Source: Lingula anatina
Taxonomy: Eukaryota > Animalia > Brachiopoda
Direction: 5' to 3'
NCBI GenBank assembly: GCA_051362555.1
Contig: CM120645.1
Span: 22,072,001-22,136,000 of the forward strand
Length of the DNA: 64,000 bases
This document shows, piece by piece, positions 1-14,554 of the stretch (position 1 is its first letter; the number at the start of each line of letters is the position of its first letter). The position numbers were made by a program, and so were the translations under genes. The notes beneath the pieces were generated by a model. That model did no database searches, was not told where the DNA came from, and saw only the letters and a program-made list of their open reading frames with translations.

Positions 1-1076
1 ATTTTCTGAATTTGTATTAAATGAGCAAGTGAAAGAAACGATAGGCGAAGTGCAAGTATGAGATATATTGCAGACCCGTAGCTAGCAATTTCAAAGGGGG
101 GTCTTTTTCCGAAAAAAACAAACCAACTTGTGCTTTACTCTTATTTTTTCATAAAAGAAAAATAAAAACAAGGTTTGGCAGATTTAAAATCAGATCAATT
201 TACCGAAAGTTAAAATTACAACACTTGAAGAAAAGGGTGACTGACAAAAAGTTTTAACTACAGGCCTACATATTTCTCAAAACAAGGAAACAATATTTTG
301 CTATTATAAAAAAACACTAAAATATTACCATAATTGTTATAAATGTTGCCATAAGCAGTGTCATTTCCCTCAATGATTGGCACAAAATGGCATGAAGTAT
401 AATTGAATTTAAGGTAGCATATAAAGCGACTGGGATGTTTAACAATTCCCCGTGAGCCTTATGTTGCTGATGTATAGTTTGGAAGGATAAATAATGCAGA
501 CTGAGTCAACTGCATTGTTGCACAAAACAAAATGCAGGGCAAGCATTTAAATGTTTCTTTTGACAAGGAGCGCAAGGTTTAAAGCTTTCTTTTGCAACCT
601 ATGAATGGCTTCACACAATAGTACCTTGAACAAATAAAACTCTCAGCCTTGCTGAAAAAACTTTTATGTGCTTACAGAATAATTTTAAGCAATATCACAA
701 CGGAGGTTTAAAATCAAAACGAATAAATTGGGTAATTTGTGTTGTGATAGCGACCGCAAACAATGCCAGCACCTGACCTGCAATTTTACATTGGGGTCAA
801 TTTAATAAATGAACGCTTTGTGACAGACCAGGAAGTGTAATGGGGTAAACATTGGGTAACTACAGAAAGCCATATAATGGGTTAAAAGCCCCTGTAACAT
901 AAATACACTGTTTTCGAAGCCCGCTGCCTTTTTTCTTCGCCCATGCCACATTCTAAAAGCACGTAGAGGATGACTGCATAACTTAATCTAAATACAATCT
1001 GTAATGTTATTTTTAAGAAAACTTACTCCGTGGTTTGATGATGTCAAGACAAATCAATACAAAGAAAGCAGGCGTT

Positions 1077-1077
<1 letters not shown>

Positions 1078-1137
<60 letters not shown>

Positions 1138-1165
1138 GTGCGCACATACACACACGTACGCACAC
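1078..1165. repeat. (CT)n(CA)n microsatellite
   Basis: Directly visible dinucleotide runs. Confidence 0.95.
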
Positions 1166-1471
1166 AAGCATTTGTATAATCCTGGTGGTGATGTCAGTGT
1201 TATTGCAATTCACAAATGCGAATCAGCACGTGAACAAATAAGCGTCAACACGGAAGTACATCCATGTCCTCACAATGGCCTTGTCTTCCTTTTTTTTTCC
1301 AAATAATATTAAAAAAGACATTAGGCATACAAATACATTTTCCTTATCCAAGAAAACTGGGTTCCATGACTAATAACTCAATACATAAAATCATGTAGGT
1401 TTAGGGTTCGGGTGGGTATAGATATATAAACGTTCAACCTTTACAACGTCACAACATTCCTGTATACTTAC

Positions 1472-1648
1472 TTTGATTCTTGGAATGAGTTTAGGATTTT
1501 CAGGAACGTCTGGCCCGATTGCAATGAGAAGTCCTTCGTAGCCGTTGTCAATCAAAGTAACATTTGCGCGCAGCCTTTGACCCCTTGCTAATGCCGTAAA
1601 AGACAGTAACAGGACCAAATGGGTTAAGTGACAGCGAGAGGCTTCCAT
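1472..1648 (-). CDS. CLCA: CLCA family paralog 1, first coding exon only (gene continues beyond the window start)
   Basis: MEASRCHLTHLVLLLSFTALARG signal peptide, then VTLIDNGYEGLLIAIGPDVPENPKLIPRIK (CLCA N-terminal NGYEGxxIAI motif), ending at a GTAAGT donor at 1471. Parallels exon 1 of the complete CLCA at 12687-12857. Confidence 0.88.
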
Positions 1649-1788
1649 CACTTCCACTCATCTGGAAAGTCTTCTCTTGGCAAATGGCGACAGTGAAACG
1701 CGTCAATTCATGACGAGGCCTCGGCACGTCGTGTTCAACTTGGAGTCCCACGCGTGCATTAGAAAGCTTGCATGAAAAGTTCGCCAAC

Positions 1789-1794
1789 TTTATA
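1789..1794 (-). promoter_or_regulatory. candidate TATA box of CLCA paralog 1
   Basis: TATAAA on the minus strand about 140 bp upstream of the ATG at 1648; positional inference only. Confidence 0.35.
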
Positions 1795-3439
1795 ACTACA
1801 GCAGTTAACATAAAGTGTAAAGCCAAATAAAACAACAAAGGGCACTTTAAGCTTAAAAAAACGCAGTCAACAGAGATTGTGTTTATTTAAATCGCGTATG
1901 ATTTCAATGCACTAGCCTTGCGTATTATTCTGACATAACAGGTAATAGCGAAGTCATTCAAAACGAGTTGTTTGAAAAGCTTTATTTCGAAATATTAGCA
2001 CTGCAATAATGGCTTATTTTCTTTATGCGAGCTCAACTACAAAACACAATAACTTCAGTGTACCCAGAGCGAGAATTTAACTTATTGACTTTTTCTGTTG
2101 ACTAATTTTACATTTTAGACAAAAGCAACTTGCAGAAAAAGCAATACAAGCTCTTAACTGATATATTTACTATCACACACACACGCATAACATAACAGAA
2201 CATAACATGAAATTTCTATATGACAACAGGGCAGTACTTGTATATAGACAAAACTGGTTATATACCTGTATATAGGCATACACATTTGTAACTTGAGGAA
2301 GTAGCACACCAATATTACCTGTAGAGTATACACACACTTTTTAGTAACATTTAAAGCAAACTACAAGGTTTTTTTATGCAATAACGGCATGTATATATAC
2401 AGAAACTAAATACGTACGATTCTTTTAGATCGCTTTTTTTTTTCGCAGGCTGGTGATGTTTTCCTGTTGAATGTATCCTGGTATGCTTCATAGATATTAA
2501 TAAAATTTTGGGCGTATATTATTTTTATAATCTCATTATTACTCACGATCATGAAGATATCCTGTCTATATATAACCTGTAACGCTGTTTTTATCAAGAG
2601 GCATATATTGTAAGCCCTGCATTGTAATAGTGCATTTTGAATGTTCACATCCCTTTAAGATGCATAGCTTATACATTCTAACATAAAGTTGAAAAATTCA
2701 CATACAAATCTGATCCAGAAAAGAACACCAGCCTGTTAAAAGACCATTAACAAAGAAGTTCCAATCAAGATTTGTCTTGACATTTAAAAACATAGAAACT
2801 GTAATGATAATCATGCTGCTAAAGTATTCAGTAATATTGTTGATTGACGCATTAAACACTTTGCAAGTATAAATCCCATTTCAGCTAACAATTAACACAC
2901 TTGGTTATAGTCTATAATAACTTTTAAAGCGGCCTTGTTTGGCAAAATCTCGAACAATCGATATTCTTCGTTTCCTTCCTTCTTGTTGTACACTGGGAGG
3001 GAAGAGTCGTTTCCAACGTCTATCTTAAACACGAATCAGCAGTATGGGTGCATTCAAGCCATAGGTCACAGATAACGTCCATCGCCATTAAACGCTTTGA
3101 CATATTATGTCCGAGTTAAAAAAAAAGACGCTATCAAATTGCCGGCCAGCTTTAGTCAGTGTAGATGTGAGGCAGCGTAGTAAAAAGTGTAGTAGTCTAA
3201 TGAATGGACTTCACCACTAGAGTCGACTAATGGGAGAAATATCATTAGAAGCCGCTAACTGGATTACTGTCACAAACAGAGGCGGATGATTGGATTAATA
3301 TAACATCTTAATGCTGCTAACTGGACAGACATAATCAAAGAACACAGTACAGATGTACTTATATAATTACAAGAGTCAGATTTGGGACATCTGGCTTCCT
3401 TATTCTACCTGAATACAAGCATGCTTTCATTCCAATTGG

Positions 3440-3617
3440 TCAGACACCCGTGTCGTTAAATCCGTGATTATCTCTCCATTTTGCTTGATTTTCCCTATAA
3501 AACATTACATCAAAATATACTTGAATGAAAATACTTATTTGCAAAATACCATCAATTCATGTACTAATAAGTACCTTGAAATTAAATACTTATATAATTA
3601 GGTACACGTAATTTTGA

Positions 3618-3669
<52 letters not shown>

Positions 3670-6402
3670 CACACATATATGTCATAAAGGCCATCTTCGT
3701 TTCAAAGACATTTAAATATGAAAAATAAAATACAAGTTATAAACATGTGTAATGTCATATATTTTGCTACTTTGATTGCTTCCAAGTTAAAATGTCTTGT
3801 CGCTGGATAACTTACCCATGTGACCGGCTCTTCTTACGAATATGTAATCCTAGCGCAACAATTATACAGCTTAATATCAAACTGACCAAAACAGCAACAC
3901 CAGCTACGATATAACCAATAAGACCAATCAAAGTGCTCTCCGGGGCCAATGCTTCCGTCGCGCTTTTTTCAGTCATCATTTCAGTCATAAGACTAGTTGT
4001 TGTAGCCACTGCAGGTGTTTTGAGTTCAGTTCTTATTGTGATTCTTTCAGTGGTTGCCTCTGTACTTGTTGCTATATTAGGGGAAGGAAATGGGTTGCTG
4101 TAGATAAAAGAAACAGACACGATGTTTGACCTTTCTCCTGTCTGATTTTTATCGTCCGTGGCCAATAGTGCTATGAAATACATGATATTCAAATCATTTG
4201 CTTGGTTGAATCGGATGACGAAAGTTTCTGTTTCGCCGGCTGGTAAGGGAGAATCGAGTTTCCCCTGGACAAGATCCCTTTCAAGGAGTTTATTGGTGTT
4301 ATTGAAGTTTAGTCGGAGTTTTGAGATTGACGAGCTGTAGCGAATGATGTAACTCGATGCTGAAAGAAAAGAAAGCAGCGTGTGAAAATATCAATTGGAA
4401 GAATGCAGCTGCTGTTCGAATATCTCCTTTAGTGTTCGCTTGAAGTTTTTCAAGTGACACCCGATACAAAGAAATTACGGGTACTCATTCTATCTGATTA
4501 ATACAATTAAATGTCAAACATTTTTATAAGATGATACAGTATCTCATCTTAGAATACGTGTACAATCAAGGTAACGTCAAATACAGATATATTTTCCTAT
4601 TTTTTCTACATTACTCTGATGTCATGAAATGCAAATATTTTGGGTGCAGGTCCGGTAATTCTATTTTTTCTGTTGCTTTAAAAATACTGATGTAAATCCC
4701 AATTATCTTGTCCGAAACGAATAATATTCTACCCTGTGGTGTCAGGGGCCTCTAAAATAGTATTCAAATTATAGCGATTTTGAAACGGACTACTAATGCA
4801 CACTATTGTCAAAGAGTAATAATACCCCACTTACCATTTCCTTGGTCCAGATCATCACCAGTAGCTGTCCAGGACAATGTAACAGTTTTGTCCTCAGTGT
4901 TAACTGCTACCAGCGCCAGGTCGTAGATTCTGCCAGGAGGATAGAGGTCAGGTGGTTCTGAACCAGGAGTCGAAGCTGGGAGATTCCTCACGGTGAATAA
5001 ACCTCCGCTGTCGGAACGCTCGAATGGTTCTACAGGCTTGAAGGTGATATTGCTCTTTATGCCGTTTGATGAAGCTATTAAAATTGTACATGTACTCTTA
5101 GTGGTTACAAGCGGATGGTTATAGCCCAGCAAACACAGAACGTTATTTCAATGTTCCCATAACGTTTATATAACCGATAAACGTTATAGTTACTTTATGG
5201 TTATTAAACGTTATGTGTTTGCTGGGAAGCGGATCAGGCGGAATCCAATTGGTCATTTAGAATAACTCAATCGGTTTGCTGTAAAAAAAAATCAAAAATA
5301 GGAAAGTTCTGATATGCGTTGTCAATTTACATTAAGCATACATTTTTGGTTTAATGCACTCAACAAGGATTCAACGTGATTCGATATTTAAAAATAGACC
5401 AACAACCAACAGTGCGAGACGCTAAATTTGTCGCTATCAGGAACTGTGTAATGAAATTGGACTCATGGTCGCTATAGTTCAAGTTGTATTGGATACACTT
5501 AACCATCCTCCTTGAGAAAGACTGCTGGTAAGTACAAGCAATGTTTAATACTCACTGCCAGCGGATTTAACCGAAGCACCTTCTTCCCCTTTTACTGCAA
5601 CTTGCACTGAATGTTTCACGTTGCCTCCAAAGTTAAGAAAGTACGCTGTATAGATCCCGTCGTTCTTTGCGTTATCCGCACCTTTGTGGGAAAAAATAAC
5701 TTATTTTCTTACATCATAAAACAGGCCAAATATCTTGAGCAAAGGAAATTATTCAATAAACAGTTTCATCTTAAACAGTGAAATTTGCAGAATACACTGT
5801 AATACCTAACATTTAAAAATATGAAAATGTATATATTTGAAAATATGGAGGTTGCTCGGCAAAGAATGCCATATTCTAAGTTTCTGTTTCTATGCCTCAT
5901 AGAATACACTTCATAAAAGTGAAGCAGAGTATTTGAAATTTATAAATGCTGCAACGCTTGCCAATTTTAATGAATTTATATACCATAAATTCATTAAAAA
6001 AATAAAGAAAGAAGGTAAAACAATAGTTATGTGAGAGTTATTTTAACTGAAACGTAGAAGGCAAAAAAAGACACTTTTTGAAACAGCAATTTGAACACTA
6101 ATAAGTGTCTATTCACCTGCACCGTTATCAAGCAGTTGTAATGTGTGGGTATTCCCAGTACTTGTGTCAACATAAGCCACCACAGTGGCGCCAACTACCG
6201 GTGTGTAGCCTTGACTAACCTCTCCGTATATGGCAATGCGGGACATACTCGGATCTGAAATGGTTACTATATAATGCAAACCTACCAAAATGACAGCGTT
6301 TCCATTCGTATGCTTAAATTAAAAAAATGAATTTGAAATATGTTACTGGCAGCCAAACATAAGGTCGCCTTACGCGCACACACACACACATGCACACACA
6401 TA

Positions 6403-6435
<33 letters not shown>

Positions 6436-9400
6436 TCTCTGCATTAAAACTTATTAAAACAAAAACAATGAGTAGTTGATGCGGTACTTGTTTCACGTTT
6501 CCTTCATGTATACTTTATATTCCATTTTACGTCGTACACTATTTCAACCTTGGTTTAGGAAATACACTATCTTGCATAATAAGTATACATGTAAAACAGT
6601 ACGTGTCACCTTTACCTGCAATATCTACGGTATCACTGCTCACACTGGCACTCAGTACAATGGGTGCAGCGTCTGAAGAGGGACGTGAAGACACCTGGAC
6701 CTGGACTGCTGCGTTTTCGGAACCCGAGCTGGTGACAGTATAGAGCCATTTCCCGACCTGTTTAAGAACACTAAATATAATCGAATGTATTTGCATCATC
6801 ATATACATTTATCTATTCTGGAAACCACTTGTAGTTGGTAAAGTCAATGTGTAGCTGGGTTGCAAAGAGCTTACAGCGGCAGTATGCAGGAGTTGAGTTT
6901 TAATTGTTCCGACTTAAAGCCAAAGCTAGAAGGGAATAAACGACTTTATCATTGAATTATGTTCTAAGCTCTACATGTAGATATAATTTTTTCAAGATAC
7001 CCGGCACTATCTATCAATTAAAACCCACCTTTTGAACTTATAATTACTATTTTGAAATCTATAAACAACCGATTTTTATTAATTGAAATAAATATTGTAC
7101 CCTGCATAGAAAGCTATGATACCTATACTTATCCCCGTCTGTTTTTTTTCCTTTTTATTTTTTGGTAACGAGCCTTCCTTTTGATACCAATATAAGAAAC
7201 GGCAAAACATTTAGAAAAGTTCCTTTTCAACTCAATATGAAGCCATACCTTTGCCGTGCCCTCTATATTAAGACTCAGTACTCCAGACCCGTAGTCCTGC
7301 GCAGTGGGCGTTATGGTCACATTGTCAGGTGCTCTCAATGTCACACTGATCAAACCAGTGCTCCATGTGAACGTAAACCGTGTGTTGTTTCCAACAGTAC
7401 TGTCAACATATACGGAGCCTTGAAAAGCGTTTCTGCTGGAAACTGTTATGGTATCTGACAATACCTGGGTATATGAATAATATGTAGAATTAGCACATTT
7501 GCTTTAAAAGAAGGTTAGCTTCTCTGCAATACCTACAGGGTAAATAATGACACGTTACCATGGTAACAAGTATTATGAAGGGGCCAACAATATTTGGCTT
7601 ACCTCGACCTATACAAAACATTTACTAAACACCAGACACAAACGGCAAAGTAGAAAAATAAGCTTTAACTATGTTATTTAAGGTTGTCACCACGAATGGG
7701 GGAGTTTCAAGTAGTTAAATTGCTCTTCATCAGCCAAGTGAACATTAACCTGAACTAGATTTTTCCTAAGTCCGCTGGTCCTCTGTGTGACGGCTTTTGA
7801 CAAGGCGTCTGTGAGGGCTGTTGACAGAGTATTCCCCGTGTCAAAGAAAGACAGGCCACCGGTGTCTTTAGCTAAAGAAATCAGCTGGTCTTCAGCCAAA
7901 TCCGTAAACAGTAAAGCATCAACTATCACTTTCTTCTCTAATAGAATTGGTTTCATTGTCGCCACGTTTGGAGAGGACCCAGTATTTTCCTTGCCATCAC
8001 TTACGACAATCAAAATACCACCAGCCGCCACATTGTTATTTTTCTCTAGCAACTAGTAAATAGAGAATACTATTTATTGCTTGCTGGAATGAGAAAGACT
8101 AAAGTACAATCACTTACACTGAAATACCAGTAACCGCTGTTATGATATCAATATATCGGTAAGTTTTTATAGGTATTATTCTATGCTCTACAGAACAAAT
8201 ATCGATGGTACCATTACATTATGGAACTTTATTCAGGGCGACTGCGGATTAGATATATTGTTTCACTGCATTTAATATATATACTATTAAGAACATGTTT
8301 TTACTTTTATATTTTAATCTTAACATACTAAAATGTGATGAAAATACTGGATGTAATTTCCTATGAGAAACATTAATAGTTGCAACCAATTATCCCCACA
8401 TAATGGTAAAATATTCCAGATTGTATAAACTAAAAATAGACCTATAGACGCAATTGTTGAAATGTTGAAAATGCTCACAGACAGACCTAAGATATCGATT
8501 TCCGTTACTGATTAACGACGTGATGCCGTGTTATGAGAAGTTTTACGTCGATCTCACGATCTCATCTTTATGGATCAGCATACCTGAATGCCTCTGTGAA
8601 GACCACAGCCAATACAAGTGCCTCCATTGGCAACAAGACCATATACAAGAGTTGTCAGCTGATTCCTCACCGCTTCCGAGTTCACCGTCGTCAGTCTCTT
8701 CAACGTGGCGGCTACAGAATTAAATGTTACTATGCCTACTTGACTGCCTTCATCAACGGTGGTCTGCAGGAATCCAACACAAGCTTTTTTCAAGTTAACT
8801 AATTTGTTGTTCTAAAATGGCAAAAAGGTCGGTGTCCGTCACTGAATATTTGAAAATGAAGCAAACATACTCTTAGTGCCTGATGTTTGACGTATACCAC
8901 ACAAGGAACACTGCTGAATAACATAACTATCGTCAGCAACACCAAAAATAGCATCAACATGATGAATCAAGTAACAAAGGCATAACTTTAGTCTTCATTG
9001 TTCTGTTAAGGGAATTGCTAAGAGGAATATACCAATGATAGGACAATTGTTAAGAAAATCTTGGCCGCGAAAAAAGTTTCTTTGCAGTGTGAGATGTAAT
9101 TTTCCACCAAAAACTGGATACATATAACAAATTGAATTGATCAATCCTTATCAGGTATCTAGGAGTATGAATATTTCCTTTATGAATACAAATTACACTA
9201 AAGTATGTCAATATAAAAATGTCACTCACCGACGCCATACTTCCGGATACGTCGAGAACCAGTACATATCTCTTGAGTTGCTGTTGAACCACTTTGAAAG
9301 TAGGAGTTGTATCTATATAACCTTGTACAGGAGGATTATTATCTAGAACAATGGAAGAATTTGCTTTTTGTGAATATCTCATAACTGTGCATGATTTTCA

Positions 9401-12400
9401 GTTTGTCATTTTATGTGTTTTAAAAAATAAAACGGAAGCAACTTGAATTTCTTTCCTTTAAATATTTGCCTGCTGCTGAATTTTCAATTAACGAAAGTCG
9501 GTTTCGAATTATATCATCTATATCGTTATGGTAATTTAGAAGAGAGTTTGAAATAAAGATACATGCATTTCTTATCGCATTGTTTAAGAAAAATATAGTC
9601 AAGAGGAGATAAATGGGGCAACTCGAACGGGGGCATTATAATATTTGATGTATCTGATATATGGAATATTTCGAAGATTTCAATATTCTTCTGTCAAAGT
9701 TCAGTGAATAATGTTTTTTTTATGTACATGATGTTCACCATGTTTTTTCTGAGAATTAATTATGAAACGTGAACCCTACTGTTCCTAAAATCTTCGTGCT
9801 CTCTCATGACTTCCCAGGCACTCCTGCCACCACAGAGTCTATTCTGCCTGTTAGGGGCCTGGTCGTTATGTAGGTCAAGTGCATGTGCTTGTTCATCATT
9901 GTCACAGAACTCGATAACCTGCAATAATAGACTTCCTTACTCCACTGTTTTTAATACTGTTTAATCATAACCTCAGAAAAAGCTTCTATTAAAATATTAA
10001 AATGGCATGTTACATCTCATGCCTGATAACAAAAAATATATATTTCATGATCAATGGTACTTTAAGAGTATGGCATTTTCACTTCTTGAACACTGTCTTG
10101 ACATTGCATAACAAAAGAGTGACATTTGATTTATTTTCAAATTATGCTTTCCCGTTAAACAAATTCCTAATGGAGATAATACTGTTGTCTCAGATATCGC
10201 TTACCGAATTCACGAAATGGTAGGACATGAGAGAGGCAGTCCCTTCATTGGCAGAGACAGAAGGGGCGAACCTGCAATTTCTCTCTGGCAGGCTGGTGTT
10301 TTTATCCAAGGAACAACTCCATATAATGTTGTCGTTAACTATCTTATACCCCCTTCCCATCACTCCACGGGAACAGCGCACGCTTTCTATCTCCCCAGAT
10401 ATGGAATCGTGGTAAAAGTGAGCATCGTTTTCGTCCACCGGATACTCGTCAAACAAACCCCAGCGCAAATGTCCCCACTCATGGAGGACTGTCTTAGCTG
10501 AAATATGGAAGGAAAATGTTGAAGAAAATCATACAGGCCGTGACATAAGTGAACCTAATAGAGCATAGTGCTAAAATGTGGCACTTTTTCTCTTTACATG
10601 GCTTGTAAAATATCGAATGTGTGTACTGCAAGAATTAAGTGTGATAAAAGCGAAACAGTTGGCCCCTTTAAGGTTTTGACTGTTTCTTATTATGACTTAA
10701 TAATAAGAAAACTTCAGAGAGCTCTATCTAAACAAATGAATGGTTCTTGCTTGAAAAAGATAATCCTGGATTACATAGGAGCATTTTTTCAACAACTTAC
10801 CTGGAGAGCTGCCGTATTGCCTTGCAACGGCATCGTCTAGTACGAATGCGGGAGTCAAGTGCATAAACGTCCCCGGCTGTCCACATTCTCCCTTTTGTTT
10901 GACGTATGGGTTGTTACCCTCTAAACCACTGGGCTTGTCTATGATGACATTGGCTTTATCAAAGGCTTCAATTCCTGCTTGTCCATAGGTGGAATTTTCC
11001 GGCCATGATTTCGGGACGAGAATGATAATATCTCGAAGATAGGCACGTCGTTTCGTTGCAGCAAAAAGCAGGGCAGACATTTCTTCGAAGTATTGCTGAG
11101 GGAAGTTAGAATAATTCAATAGGTTGCAAATCTAAAGATATTAAGAAAATAATTGTAATTGATTTGCTTCTACCTTAACCTTAAACATCCAACATCTTTT
11201 TTTTTAAACCAAGGCCATATATATATATATATATATACCGTACAACACATGTTCTGTTAGATTCTACAAATTCTTTAATAAATCAACGGCTGGTATATTG
11301 TCTTTAATAGTAGGCTGATCGATTTTTTTCCGCATTTTTCTTTTTGCCGTCAGTCTCGTAATCAAATAGCTAAGTAAAAGAAATAATGGAATGTATGCGA
11401 TTGCAGAGCCTGAAAAGATATTTCAAATCAATTCAGGTTATTGAGCATGTACATTCGTGCTTTCATTTCTATTTTATTCTTCGTCAGCAGGAGGGAATGC
11501 AAATAATAAGTTGCATTTCTATTGCGATACCTCGATCTGCTTGACACTACGCAACAACATCTTGCGAAAAAGATAATAGTTTATTATGGTTAAGATGAAA
11601 TATTCCAATCCAGCAATCCATAAACCAGACAGAGGCGGATCCAGGACTATTTGAAAGGGGGGGGGGGTGCGGATTCAAAGCCGACCCCCCCCCCCCTTGG
11701 CATGGGGTTCGGGGCCCGATTAAGGACCCCAAAAATGGTATTTTAAATGGCGAATGGTGCCATTTGGTACGGTTTAGAGCTATGATTCAGCTAGTCAAAA
11801 TTATAATTCCCAGAGGGGACCACTGGTGTGTGTGTTTTTTCCAGAAATCGAAGGGGGGGGGGGCAGGACCCCCTAACCCCCCCTTCTAAATTCGCCACTG
11901 CCAGGTGACACAGAGCCGTTAGCTTTTATGAAAGATGAGAACATAATTACCTGCTTGACGTTTTCTCAATTAAACAGCTACAGTTAATAACTCTATCTTT
12001 TCATCAAATATTTCAATTATATTCGGTCTGATTTGATATAAGCTGGGTGACCCACATTTGCAAGGAAAATAATAATTTAACAGGACAAAATACATATTGG
12101 CAGGGGTATTTATGATAGGGTTTAAAAAGCCTATCCCAAATTTCGATCAGCTACTTTTAATTGCAGTGTAACGCCGTGTTGGAATGCTTTCTTTATCATA
12201 CGGAGCTACAAATATGATAGTGGGATATTCATCCACTGATGGAACGTCATTTAATCACCTAACAGGGAATACTTCAATAGGATTTGGCTTCTTTGGACAG
12301 TGTAACTTCCAATCAAATGACAATGGTAAAAAATAGCAAGTACTCTCTCTCTCTCTTTTGTCTCTGTTAATTATCACACCCCCCCCCCCCCCCCCCACCA

Positions 12401-12857
12401 ACACAACCTTGGCGAGGAGTTCGGGGTCCGTCAAAAACTTTGGTATTTTGGAGGGCTAACGGTGCCATTTGATGCGGTTTAGAACTATGAATCAGTTTGG
12501 AAAAAAATCCAATTTCAAGAAGAGACCATTGGTGTGAATTTTTTCAGAATTCGAATGGGGGGGGGGCAGGACCCCTTTGACACCCCCTTAAATCCACCCC
12601 TATACGTAATCTCCTTAATTTCTGAGCAGGCTAATTAAAGTGCCTTTCAGGAGGTATTCTGCGTATCTACATATGTAAGTACTGACCTGGATCCTCGGGA
12701 TCAGCTCCGGACTTGCTGGAACTGAGTCCGAAATAGCAATCAGGAGTCCCTCGTAACCATTGTTACTTAGAGTAACTTGTGCTCCTTCTCTTAGGCCGCA
12801 TGTTACTGCCAGGGCAGTCAATAACAACGGGAAAATGAGATTCACGTCTTGAAGCAT
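3440..12857 (-). CDS. CLCA: calcium-activated chloride channel regulator (CLCA) family protein, complete, 14 exons, about 1000 aa, type I membrane form
   Basis: Exons: 12857-12687, 11095-10801, 10497-10205, 9918-9780, 9342-9230, 8811-8584, 8052-7750, 7464-7249, 6757-6616, 6254-6117, 5681-5556, 5074-4835, 4359-3816, 3494-3440. All introns are GT-AG and the exons total 3003 nt in frame. Motifs: signal peptide, VLHEWGHLRWGLFDEY (HExxH), HNDQAPNRQNRLCGGRSAWEV, VLVLDVSGSM (VWA MIDAS), GGTCIGCGL, LLDNGAGADNAKNDGIY, DLYPPGRIYDL...LSWTATGDDLDQG, Thr-rich stalk, TM helix LIGLIGYIVAGVAVLVSLILSCIIVALGL, tail ...DNHGFNDTGV*. Confidence 0.93.
3623..3676. repeat. (CA)n microsatellite in the last CLCA intron
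   Basis: Directly visible. Confidence 0.95.
5125..5226. mobile_element. tiny MITE with CCCAGCAAACAC terminal inverted repeats
   Basis: cccagcaaacacagaacgtt ... aacgttatgtgtttgctggg, with internal AACGTT subrepeats. Confidence 0.65.
11630..11900. mobile_element. non-autonomous DNA element (hAT-like CAG...CTG ends, G/C-run rich); related copies at about 12379-12601 and, inverted, about 52225-52385
   Basis: Ends CAGAGGCGGAT... and ...ATTCGCCACTG. A diverged internal block (ggtgccatttg...gtttaga.ctatga.tcag) recurs in all three copies. No clean TSD seen. Confidence 0.6.
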
Positions 12858-14165
12858 ATTTTTAGTCTTACAAACTACTTTTAGACTTGCGCATCAAATG
12901 AAAAATGATTATGTTTCGAAACTTAAACAGGTATGGAACTCCCTAGCGTTCGAACAGAGGTTAAATCTCGACCAACATTGTGCAACGCGGTGTTGCGATT
13001 GGATTTTCGATCGTCTGCCTAACAAAGAAAAAATGTACATTGTAATAATAATAATAATGGCTCCCTGAATCACAGAAAACGGATCTGTTCAATACTCGGA
13101 CGTTGTTTAACTTAATGATACAGGAAGATTAGTATTAAAATGAATGTTTTATTTTAATTATATACGAATGTCTACTTTTTCCGGATATAATATTGTTATT
13201 GTGCAAACTCACTATGACAAGGGGTTCCTATTACACCCAAAAATAATATGTTAAGGAAAGCGCGTTTAAAAAGTAATAAATCTTAAAGACATTTTATTAA
13301 ATGACGTAAAAGTACCCCGGTATGTTGTTAACGTCATTCATCAAAACAATTCACCGTTTGTAAGAAAAAAAAACACTTTTTTATTATTCTTTATTTAAGA
13401 GTTCGACCTGATATTATGCATTACATAAAGCAGACAGATCTGTGGAAAAAGTGCGTGCGTGTGTGCATGTGTGCATTTTATTCATTACCGACAACATGCA
13501 AGTATTCAATCTTTGTTTTGCCACCTATGATTATGATTTTTGTGGGACTACATAACAAGGTCAATCCAGGCACTTATTGATTTTATGAGTAGAAAAAACG
13601 CATATATCCCATAACGTTTGTTGTTATAGTCAACAGCAACACTGCAATGTATTTTCTTCGATTGAACCTGTCCTGAATTTGGTTGCAAGCACCAAAACCG
13701 AAAGTGTTTACTTGCAAACTCCTTCAGCAGATTAAGGCAAAACAAACATTATATATAAAAATAAAATATCCATGTGCTTGACAATCGGTATCCATGCAAA
13801 CAATAAATTATGCAAGCAACTTGATTTACTGCTAAATCGCAATCTCCAATCAATTGACTGGGAAACAATATTCCATTGCTACACTTTTCTTGGCTATAAC
13901 CATGTTCATGTCAAATAAACAAACTTTCATAGTATTTTATGTAAGTCTGCATCTCTGTTTAAATGTCAAGTTACATGTTAATACACGCATTCACCATACT
14001 ATTACAGGAAGGCAGGGCCATAGCAGCACAAATAATCAATACCTCCCATACTCTCAGTTCCCGTATGTTTGCAGAGTTGAAAGTGAAAGAGTTTTGGCTT
14101 TAAATTATCTGAAGAGCTACATGTGCTTTTCAGATTTCACTATCCACACACAGAAAAACACCTTT

Positions 14166-14338
14166 CTGGGGTAGCGCTAGCAATTTTTGTCGCTTAGCCA
14201 AATCACCACTTTTTTGTCAATTTGTTATCAAAATGGTTATAATTTGACTAAAACAAGTCAAATCAAGCCCTTTTTCTTTAACCAATTTAAGTAAGTTTTA
14301 GCATTTGGCTAAATTGGCGAGTGTTAGCGCTACCCCAG
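14166..14338. mobile_element. short MITE with CTGGGGTAGCGCTA inverted termini
   Basis: ctggggtagcgctagca...agccaaat versus atttggct...tgttagcgctaccccag. Confidence 0.6.
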
Positions 14339-14521
14339 CGCTTTACAAAGGCTACAATTTACCGCAGTACCGGTTGACATTTGAGTGAGTGGATAGCTTG
14401 TTACTTGGCTGGGGATTAGATCGATGGTTTCTGTGTGGAAAGCTATGTAGGGTGTGGGTGGTATGTTTGAAGATGGATGGTCTGTGTGTGGTATGTTTGA
14501 GAACTGGATGTTGTGTGTGTA

Positions 14522-14554
<33 letters not shown>

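Noticed and set aside
1004-1306. His/Thr-rich ORFs (THTHTH, CVCVCV) here and at 6314, 14389-14736 and 28304
   Set aside because: They are translations of (CA)n/(GT)n microsatellites, with no splice or domain support.
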